Shown: in pieces, positions 17,339-24,147 of the stretch
How positions within the stretch are numbered: position 1 is the first letter of the stretch
Layout: each line of letters starts with the position of its first letter
NCBI GenBank assembly: GCA_016700015.1
Contig: CP064995.1
Coordinates: 120,001 to 152,000, forward strand
From: Candidatus Saccharimonadota bacterium
Lineage (GTDB): Bacteria; Patescibacteriota; Saccharimonadia; Saccharimonadales; Saccharimonadaceae
Direction: 5' to 3'
Length of the DNA stretch: 32,000 bases
The notes under the pieces: model-generated
What the model saw: the letters and a program-made list of their open reading frames with translations, nothing else
What the model was told of the DNA's origin: nothing
Databases searched by the model: none
Program-made: the position numbers and the translations under genes

Positions 17339-17890
17339 CTATTTTACTGATCGATAGTACGCCGTGCCGTAGCCCGAACCAAGCTCGTTGCTTGCGCAAG
17401 AACCATCGGTGAATGTAGGCTGTGCTTGTTCCGATTCGAGACGATATAGCAACAAATACATCTGTCCTGGCGCTGAGCCGCAGTAGTTCAGCTTATTAAC
17501 GTAGAGTGCGTAGCTGTAGTTGCCGGTGCCAAATGAAACACCGGTATTGGCCGCTCCCGATGACGGCACATTAAGCGGATCCACAGGAAGTGAGGTGATC
17601 GCGTTTGAGTTAACAAGCGCAGTATTAAATGTCGACCAGCTCGCATCGTTCGATGAGAACCAGTTAATTGTCATCGCAGTCGAACCTGATGTAGTAGGGT
17701 AACTACCATTGTCATTGTAATAAAGCTCGAGGGCCTTGACGATATTGGCGACATCAGTTCGGCGCCTGGCATCGCGAGCACGAGCCTGTGAGCCGTTATA
17801 GGAAACGACGACAATCGTTGCGAGAATACTGACGACAATCACAACCACCACGAGTTCGATAATCGTAAAACCGGTTCTGCTTTTTTGCAT
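17339..17890 (-). CDS. Type IV pilin / pseudopilin (prepilin-type N-terminal cleavage-methylation domain)
   Basis: MQKSRTG/FTIIELVVVVIVVSILATIVV carries G-1, F+1 and E+5. It is followed by ARDARRRTDVANIVKALELYYNDNGSYP, which is typical of Gram-positive and CPR pilins. Two Cys (C137, C165) could form the D-region disulfide. Confidence 0.88.
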   Translation of the reverse strand: MQKSRTGFTIIELVVVVIVVSILATIVVVSYNGSQARARDARRRTDVANIVKALELYYNDNGSYPTTSGSTAMTINWFSSNDASWSTFNTALVNSNAITSLPVDPLNVPSSGAANTGVSFGTGNYSYALYVNKLNYCGSAPGQMYLLLYRLESEQAQPTFTDGSCASNELGSGYGTAYYRSVK

Positions 17891-17896
17891 ACTATC

Positions 17897-17902
17897 AGTA
17901 TA
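17897..17902 (-). promoter_or_regulatory. -10 box TATACT (minus strand), 6 nt upstream of the pilin ATG
   Basis: The minus strand reads gcTATACTgatagtATG, with no SD. Confidence 0.45.
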
Positions 17903-17950
17903 GCGGGCATTATCACTCCAAACAAGGTGTGGAACTTAAGGAGTTGCACC

Positions 17951-17959
17951 TGCTATAAT
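17951..17959 (+). promoter_or_regulatory. Extended -10 box TGcTATAAT, 8 nt upstream of ATG 17968
   Basis: The sequence cctgcTATAATgacagtcaATG has no SD and no room for a T-box leader. Confidence 0.5.
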
Positions 17960-17967
17960 GACAGTCA

Positions 17968-19458
17968 ATGGGAAAGAAGCTATATATTTGTACTGCGATT
18001 CCGTACGTCAATGGCGTGCCACATATTGGTCATGCCCTCGACTACACTCTCGCCGATATTTGGACACGCTACCAAAAACAAAACGGCCACGAAGTTCGCT
18101 ATCAGGTTGGAACCGACGAGCATGGTAATAAAATTGCTGCCAAGGCAAAAGAGGCAGGGCTAGAGCCACAGGTGTACGTCGACAGTATGTATGGTAATTT
18201 TCAGCAGCTCATTAGCGCACTTGGTGTCGAGTACACCGACTTTATCCGTACAACTGACGGTCATCATAAAGGTGCTGTGCAGTATGTTTGGCAGCAACTT
18301 GTAAAAGCTGGTCTTATCTACAAAGGGTCCTATGAGGGGTGGTACTGCCAGGGTTGTGAGAATTTTGTTACCGATAAAGAGGCAACTGAAAACAATGGCA
18401 CCTGTCCTGATCATCAATCGCCCTACCAGCGCCTCAGCGAAGACAACTATTACTTTAAGGCAAGTCAATTTAGTGAACAAATACGTGAAGCAATCGAAAA
18501 AGATCGAATGAAAATCGTACCGGAGTTTAGAAAACGTGAGTTTTTGGAACTCATAAAAGACGGTATCAAGGATGTATCGGTATCGCGTCCGCGCAAAAAT
18601 TTGGCATGGGGCGTGAGTGTACCAGGCGATGAATCCCAAGTGATGTATGTTTGGCTCGACGCACTGAGCAACTACATTACAGTGCTTGGGTATCCTGACA
18701 ACGAATCGTGGAGAGATTACTGGCCGGCAGACGTTCAAGTGGTAGGCAAAGATATCTTGCGGTTTCATGCAGGTATATGGCCGGCGATGCTCATGGGGCT
18801 TGATCTACCGCTTCCCAAAGTATTGCTGGTGCATGGTCACGTGAATGTTGGTGGCACAAAAATGAGCAAATCATTGGGCAACGGTGTCGAACCAAATGAC
18901 GTTATAAAAAATTATGGCACCGATGCCTTTCGTTACTACTTCAGCCGACACGTGCCAACTCAGGACGATGGTGATTTCACCTGGGAAAAGTTTGAAACAG
19001 CTTACAACAGCGAGCTCGGTAATGACCTTGGCAACCTAGTGCAGCGCGTGGCAGCGATGCTCATGCGCTACCAAGCCGGAGTAATTGGTGATGCGCCACA
19101 AGCCGAACACGATATGGGGCCATACCGCGAAGCAATGCGTGCATTTGAATTTAACCGAGCCCTCGACGAAGTGTGGGGAACGGTACGCTCACTTAATCAA
19201 TATCTCGAACATGTAAAACCCTGGGAGATTGCCAAGAACCGAGACAAAGACACCGAGGCAAATGAACATTTAGCAGAAGTGTTGGCGTATGCTGCCAGTA
19301 CCCTGATTCAAATCGCTGACCTTCTGACGCCTTTTATGCCGTCAACTGCGGCCACCATTCACCATATGTTTGATACTGGTGTAGTGCCGAGTGATATGCA
19401 ACCGCTATTTCCAAAAATTTACCTTCATACCGTAGACCCGCGAACAACAGGGAAGTAG
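17968..19458 (+). CDS. metG: Methionine--tRNA ligase (short form)
   Basis: The HIGH motif is PHIGHAL and the KMSKS motif is present verbatim. A zinc knuckle is present (CQGCENF...CPDH). The protein is 496 aa, ending after the anticodon-binding domain. Confidence 0.96.
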   Translation: MGKKLYICTAIPYVNGVPHIGHALDYTLADIWTRYQKQNGHEVRYQVGTDEHGNKIAAKAKEAGLEPQVYVDSMYGNFQQLISALGVEYTDFIRTTDGHHKGAVQYVWQQLVKAGLIYKGSYEGWYCQGCENFVTDKEATENNGTCPDHQSPYQRLSEDNYYFKASQFSEQIREAIEKDRMKIVPEFRKREFLELIKDGIKDVSVSRPRKNLAWGVSVPGDESQVMYVWLDALSNYITVLGYPDNESWRDYWPADVQVVGKDILRFHAGIWPAMLMGLDLPLPKVLLVHGHVNVGGTKMSKSLGNGVEPNDVIKNYGTDAFRYYFSRHVPTQDDGDFTWEKFETAYNSELGNDLGNLVQRVAAMLMRYQAGVIGDAPQAEHDMGPYREAMRAFEFNRALDEVWGTVRSLNQYLEHVKPWEIAKNRDKDTEANEHLAEVLAYAASTLIQIADLLTPFMPSTAATIHHMFDTGVVPSDMQPLFPKIYLHTVDPRTTGK

Positions 19459-19459
19459 T

Positions 19460-20218
19460 ATGCTTATTGATTCACACTGTCACATTCACGATAGTGAGTT
19501 TTACCCAGAGTCTAGGGAACAAGCCTACTTTCAGTCACGCGAGGCAGGTGTTGTTATGATCGCTGTCGGAACCGATGAACGTAGCTCGCGTGAAGCAGTA
19601 GAGTTTGCCGAGTCGAACGACGGCGTGTATGCGGTTGTAGGTGTGCACCCTCACGAAGTCAAGCGGGGGTGGGATGGTATTGCTAGGTTGCTTGCTGAGG
19701 GGCATGATAAAATAGTTGGCATTGGTGAAATCGGACTCGACTACTACTATTCCCATAGTCCAGTGGCGACCCAGCAGCGGGCGCTTAAAGAACAACTAAC
19801 ACTTGCCAAGCACTACAATTTGCCGGTGAGCTTTCATGTTCGCGAAGCGTTTGACGATTTTTGGCCGATCTTCGATGCCATTCCGGGCGTTAGGGGCGTT
19901 TTACATAGTTTTACCGATACAGCGGTTAATATGCAGAAGGGAATAGACCGAGGACTTTTTATTGGCATAAACGGTATCAGCACCTTTACGAAAGATCCAG
20001 CCCAGCAGCAGCTGTATAAAGAGGTGCCATTACACAACATTCTCCTCGAAACAGATGCGCCATTCTTGACTCCAGTGCCATTTCGTGGTAAAATCAATAT
20101 ACCGGCGTATGTGGAGAGGGTTGCAGCGCATCAGGCAATGTTAAAAGGCGTGCCTGTTGAAGATGTGACTAGTACCACTACAGTAAACGCCACGAAACTA
20201 TTTGGGATATCACTATGA
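19460..20218 (+). CDS. tatD: TatD-family metal-dependent hydrolase/DNase
   Basis: IDSHCHI, GEIGLDYYY, SFHVREA, LHSF and LLETDAPFLTP are TatD signatures. Confidence 0.9.
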   Translation: MLIDSHCHIHDSEFYPESREQAYFQSREAGVVMIAVGTDERSSREAVEFAESNDGVYAVVGVHPHEVKRGWDGIARLLAEGHDKIVGIGEIGLDYYYSHSPVATQQRALKEQLTLAKHYNLPVSFHVREAFDDFWPIFDAIPGVRGVLHSFTDTAVNMQKGIDRGLFIGINGISTFTKDPAQQQLYKEVPLHNILLETDAPFLTPVPFRGKINIPAYVERVAAHQAMLKGVPVEDVTSTTTVNATKLFGISL

Positions 20219-20553
20219 CAACTACAATAGGCATCGATGATTACCGTATACCCTCTGATCAAGAGGTAGTTTCGTATCCTTTCGAAGCGACGACTCGCCC
20301 GTCTACTGTCGGTGAGCGACTCTCGGAGGCTGCGCTTGCCGAAGCTTTGCTGCACGCAGCACCAAGGCATGATGTTGATCCAACGGTAGTCGACCATAGT
20401 CGTATTGAAATTGGTTCAGGTGTGTTGCGCTCTGCGGCTACAGTACCAACACCAGAACGGTTCGTCGATCCGACCAATCCTCAAACACTTTATGCATTTA
20501 GCTTTTATACCACTAGTTTTCGTCGCCAAGCGATTGATGAATTGCAACAATGA
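20215..20553 (+). CDS. Hypothetical protein (112 aa)
   Basis: Its start overlaps the tatD stop in an ATGA overlap and its amino-acid composition is plausible. No motif is recognised. Confidence 0.5.
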   Translation: MTTTIGIDDYRIPSDQEVVSYPFEATTRPSTVGERLSEAALAEALLHAAPRHDVDPTVVDHSRIEIGSGVLRSAATVPTPERFVDPTNPQTLYAFSFYTTSFRRQAIDELQQ

Positions 20554-20580
20554 GACGCTGCCTAGGTACTAATAAACGTT

Positions 20581-21012
20581 ATGAATAGTCTTATCAACAA
20601 AGCGCTGAAGCTGCTTATCGGGGATGATGTAAATTTTGATCTGACTCGTATTCCTAAAAATCGTCCACTTAAACCACTCACCGAGCGTGAACTACTAAAA
20701 CTCGAAAGCGCTATCGGAGCTGAACTTTTTGGCCCAGTACCCCAGGGACATCGCCGTGAATTTTTTTGTCTTGACCACACAACATGGATTTGGCACGAAG
20801 AATGGATTGGCGATGATCGCAAACTACAGACCAGTACGGTAAAGTATGAGATCAACCAGCACGGTGTGCTTAAAACGCAAGAAGGTGCACGCTATAGTTA
20901 TCTCGATGGTGATGAGTTACAAAACTTTGCGGTCGCTATTCGCATGTACTATGAACGTGTTGCTCGCGAAGTATATGGGCGTGATCCGGCAACCGGACAA
21001 AAATTGGTATAA
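20581..21012 (+). CDS. Hypothetical protein (143 aa)
   Basis: The ORF fills the gap exactly up to the next promoter. It contains a Trp/His-rich core (FFCLDHTTWIWHEEWIGDD). No family is recognised. Confidence 0.55.
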   Translation: MNSLINKALKLLIGDDVNFDLTRIPKNRPLKPLTERELLKLESAIGAELFGPVPQGHRREFFCLDHTTWIWHEEWIGDDRKLQTSTVKYEINQHGVLKTQEGARYSYLDGDELQNFAVAIRMYYERVAREVYGRDPATGQKLV

Positions 21013-21013
21013 T
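21008..21013 (+). promoter_or_regulatory. Extended -10 box TGgTATAAT overlapping the upstream stop codon, 8 nt upstream of GTG 21022
   Basis: The sequence reads attggTATAATattccataGTG. The alternative start, ATG 21034, would give a ~14-nt leader without an SD. Confidence 0.4.
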
Positions 21014-21021
21014 ATTCCATA

Positions 21022-22176
21022 GTGACGAAACCTATGTACTATCTGGATCATGCTGCGGCGACACCGATGGACGGTCGTGTGGCTGCTGTCATGCAGCCTT
21101 ACCTTAGCGAGCTGTTTTTTAACCCGTCGAGTCCCTATGCACCAGCGGTAGCTGTGCGACGTGACTATGAAGCTGCGAAGCATCGAATTGCTGTTTGTAT
21201 AGGTGGGAAGTCAGACGAAGTCATTGTGACTGCCGGTGCCACTGAGTCGATAAATCTCATGGTTCACAGTACGAGCGGGCATGTGGTGACAACAGCTATT
21301 GAGCACCACGCTGTCCTCGCTGCGACGCGTGATCGAGATTGTACGATTGTACCTGTCGGGTCGAGCGGCATTGTGCAGCCGACTACGATCGGTGTAGCAA
21401 TTAAAGCCACGACGCAGCTTGTCACTGTAGCACTCGCCAATAATGAACTTGGCACTATTCAACCCATTCGTGAGATCAGCGAGATTGTGCGAGCCGAGCG
21501 TCGCCGCCGTCTCGAAGCAGGTGAGTTAACACCGATTTATTTTCACTGCGACGCTTCTCAGGGCGTCAACCAGCTCGATGTTCATGTCGCTCGACTCGGT
21601 GTCGACGCGCTGACACTAAACGCTGGTAAGTTGTATGGTCCCAAGCAAGTTGGGTTGCTGTGGACGGCGAGCCATGTTGTAGTAAGGCCACTTATCGCCG
21701 GTGGTGGTCAAGAACGAGGAGTGCGCAGCGGTACAGAAAACGTCGCTGGTGTCATTGGGTTTGCGACAGCGCTTGAACTTGCATCACAACATCGAAAATC
21801 AGAGACGGTGCGATTAGCAACACTACGCAATCAGCTTGAATCCCGACTAATAACGGAATTTCCGGCCGCAGTCATAACTGGCAGCACCAAGAAGCGTCTT
21901 GCTGGTCATTTGCATATTTCATTCCCTGGCATCGATGCCGAGCGACTTGTTTTTGCGCTCGAGACAAAAGGTGTTTTAGTCGCAACTGGCAGTGCTTGTG
22001 CTGCCAATTATGGCACTCGTTCTCATGTATTAACAGCAATCGGGGTTACACCCGAAATTGCTGACGGCAGTTTACGTATTTCACTTGGCCGACTGAACGA
22101 CACTACTTCGATTGCAATGGCAACGAAGCTGCTTATCGAGGCGCTGCGCACTGAGTATGCGAGGCTATCTCGATGA
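21022..22176 (+). CDS. Cysteine desulfurase (class V aminotransferase, NifS/IscS/YrvO-like)
   Basis: YLDHAAATPMD, TAGATESINL, the PLP-lysine context LNAGKLYGPK, RSGTENV and the active-site Cys in ATGSACAA are present. Confidence 0.9.
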   Translation: MTKPMYYLDHAAATPMDGRVAAVMQPYLSELFFNPSSPYAPAVAVRRDYEAAKHRIAVCIGGKSDEVIVTAGATESINLMVHSTSGHVVTTAIEHHAVLAATRDRDCTIVPVGSSGIVQPTTIGVAIKATTQLVTVALANNELGTIQPIREISEIVRAERRRRLEAGELTPIYFHCDASQGVNQLDVHVARLGVDALTLNAGKLYGPKQVGLLWTASHVVVRPLIAGGGQERGVRSGTENVAGVIGFATALELASQHRKSETVRLATLRNQLESRLITEFPAAVITGSTKKRLAGHLHISFPGIDAERLVFALETKGVLVATGSACAANYGTRSHVLTAIGVTPEIADGSLRISLGRLNDTTSIAMATKLLIEALRTEYARLSR

Positions 22177-22787
22177 AATTGGTCAAGATTTTTGCGGTAC
22201 TTGGCATTATAGTTTTGCTAAGCGCCTGGCTCATTGGTAGGTACCTCGGTCCTGATGATTTAAGCGGCTGTGCCGAACTTAAACCGTCAGCTGATACAAA
22301 TTGTGGGCCTGCAGATGTGATTGTAGCGGTGAGTGGGGGCGATACCAATGCACGTGTTGATGAAGCAATCCGACTGTATAAGCTTGGGTGGGCACCAACA
22401 CTTATTTTTTCTGGTGCGGCTGCCGATAAGTCCGGGCCAAGCAATGCGGCAGTGATGAAGCAGCGGGCGATTAATGCTGGTGTTGTCGCTTCGGCAATTA
22501 TTGTCGAGGAGCTCAGTGAGAGCACTGATCAGAATGCCAAGCAAACAACATCAATTTTCATCGAGCGCGGTCTCAAAAATGCAATTATCGTCACGTCACC
22601 TTATCATCAACGTAGGGCGATGCTCGAATTTGAACGTCGAGCACCAAGTGTTACTATTCGCGCTCACCCCACCACTTCCGACACACAGTGGAGCGCTTGG
22701 TGGTGGCTAACGCCGAACGGCTGGTGGGTGGCGATAGCTGAACTTGGTGCATCACTAGCCTTGTCTATGGGGGTGGTTGGTCGCTAA
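22173..22787 (+). CDS. DUF218 (YdcF/ElyC/SanA-like) membrane-anchored protein
   Basis: An N-terminal TM helix (IFAVLGIIVLLSAWLIG) is followed by VIVAVSGGD, LYKLGWAPTLIFSGAA, ESTDQNA and IIVTSPYHQRRA, matching the DUF218 pattern. Its start forms an ATGA overlap upstream and its stop a TAATG overlap downstream. Confidence 0.75.
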   Translation: MKLVKIFAVLGIIVLLSAWLIGRYLGPDDLSGCAELKPSADTNCGPADVIVAVSGGDTNARVDEAIRLYKLGWAPTLIFSGAAADKSGPSNAAVMKQRAINAGVVASAIIVEELSESTDQNAKQTTSIFIERGLKNAIIVTSPYHQRRAMLEFERRAPSVTIRAHPTTSDTQWSAWWWLTPNGWWVAIAELGASLALSMGVVGR

Positions 22788-23827
22788 TGCGTGTATTTGT
22801 TGGTATGAGCGGTGGCGTCGATAGCTCCCTCGCAGCGGCCTTACTAGTAGAGCAAGGCCACGACGTCACTGGTATTTATATGAAAAATTGGAGCCAAGAC
22901 CTACCTGGTATGCGCTGCCCATGGGCCGAAGATTTAGCCGATGCGAAGCGTGTTGCAGTCCAGCTTGGTATTGATTTTAAAGTCTATGATTTCGAAGCCG
23001 AGTACAAGCAGCGAGTCGTCGATTATATGATCGCAGAGTACCAAGCTGGCAGGACCCCAAACCCTGATATTATGTGTAACCAGGAAGTAAAATTCAAATT
23101 ATTTCTCGAAACCGCGCTTGACGATGGCGCCGATATGATTGCCACGGGGCATTATGCGAGGGTCGAAAATGGTATGTTAAAATGTGCGAAAGATACGGAC
23201 AAAGACCAAACCTATTTTCTCGGTCGAGTGTCTGGAGACGCGCTCAAGAAAGTGCTATTTCCGCTTGGTAACATTTTGAAGTCTGATGTACGAAACATGG
23301 CGGCCCAGAGGGGTCTTTGGACGGCAAAAAAAGCCGAAAGTATGGGGGTATGTTTTGTGGGTAATGTCGGTATGCGAGAGTTTTTGGGGCAGTATGTAGA
23401 GACATGCACTGGGCCGATCATTGACGAACACTCAAAGAAAGTGGTTGGACAGCATGATGGAGCAATTCTTTACACATTGGGACAGCGTCATGGACTCGAT
23501 GTTGGCGGCGGACTACCATACTATGTTGTGGGAAAAAATATGGAAAAAAATGAGGTGTATGTCACTACTAATCTTAATGACAAAGGAATGTGGCGCCGTC
23601 GTATTGAGGTTGAACAGATTCATTGGATTGTTAATATCCCTACCGGAAATAGCTATCTCACCCGCATTCGTCACAGAGCAGCTCTTGTTGAGGCGGAACT
23701 CTCACTAGGAGAAACTGCCCACAAGGGAGTGCTTGAGTTCGTAGAGCCCCAACGAGCAACAACACCTGGCCAGTCAGTAGTTTTTTATCGAGATGATGTA
23801 TGTTTAGGCAGCGCTGTTGTCAGGTAA
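22787..23827 (+). CDS. mnmA: tRNA-specific 2-thiouridylase (tRNA s2U34 synthase)
   Basis: The PP-loop is VGMSGGVDSS, followed by NPDIMCN, ATGHYAR, DKDQTYFL and ESMGVCF. Confidence 0.95.
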   Translation: MRVFVGMSGGVDSSLAAALLVEQGHDVTGIYMKNWSQDLPGMRCPWAEDLADAKRVAVQLGIDFKVYDFEAEYKQRVVDYMIAEYQAGRTPNPDIMCNQEVKFKLFLETALDDGADMIATGHYARVENGMLKCAKDTDKDQTYFLGRVSGDALKKVLFPLGNILKSDVRNMAAQRGLWTAKKAESMGVCFVGNVGMREFLGQYVETCTGPIIDEHSKKVVGQHDGAILYTLGQRHGLDVGGGLPYYVVGKNMEKNEVYVTTNLNDKGMWRRRIEVEQIHWIVNIPTGNSYLTRIRHRAALVEAELSLGETAHKGVLEFVEPQRATTPGQSVVFYRDDVCLGSAVVR

Positions 23828-24078
23828 GATCATCCATCGTTGGCCAAATACAACCTCATTTTCAGTGAGATAACACGTGAATTGCTACAAGCAGACAGCT
23901 TGTTGGCAACCCAATGCCTCTAGTGATGGCTCTGTCGGTGCGCGTTGCGCCAGCGAGAAGCTTTCGTCTTATCGGGCATTCGTTGGAACACGGCATGTGT
24001 GTCTTGGCAGCCATCGCAGTTATTACTATTAACAGCGATATGCTAAGCACAAGGTTGTTTGAAGAAACAGTAGCTCTA

Positions 24079-24107
24079 TTGGCAAAATCGCTTATGGATG
24101 CTATACT
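24079..24107 (+). promoter_or_regulatory. Sigma70-type promoter TTGGCA-N17-TATACT with a TGc extended -10
   Basis: TTGGCA lies at 24079-24084 and TGcTATACT at 24099-24107. This predicts a leader of about 35 nt carrying the SD AGAGGA (24136-24141), 6 nt before ATG 24148. Confidence 0.55.
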
Positions 24108-24147
24108 TACAAACACAGTACGCACAGACACAAAAAGAGGAAACGAG

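Noticed and set aside
17891-17967. A possible T-box or riboswitch leader upstream of metG. The same question applies upstream of alaS (26458-26470).
   Set aside because: The distance from the -10 box to the start codon is only 7-8 nt, so there is no room for a structured leader. An imperfect inverted repeat, GGTGTGGAACTT/GAGTTGCACC (17926-17950), is too degenerate to call.
18160-18768. A 202-aa antisense ORF inside metG.
   Set aside because: metG is unambiguous in the opposite frame (HIGH and KMSKS motifs). The antisense ORF has no start signals and a junk-like composition.
20215-21012. A toxin-antitoxin or small defence module interpretation of the two small orphan ORFs.
   Set aside because: There is no recognisable toxin fold motif (no PIN, RelE, HEPN or Fic signatures) and no DNA-binding antitoxin motif. 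Both genes sit in a housekeeping operon context.
23914-24147. A 78-codon in-frame N-terminal extension of the LRR surface protein (the ORF-track start).
   Set aside because: A near-consensus promoter (24079-24107) lies inside it. An SD (AGAGGA) precedes ATG 24148, and a textbook signal peptide begins at that Met. There is no SD or -10 box before 23914. It is retained only as a caveat in a finding.
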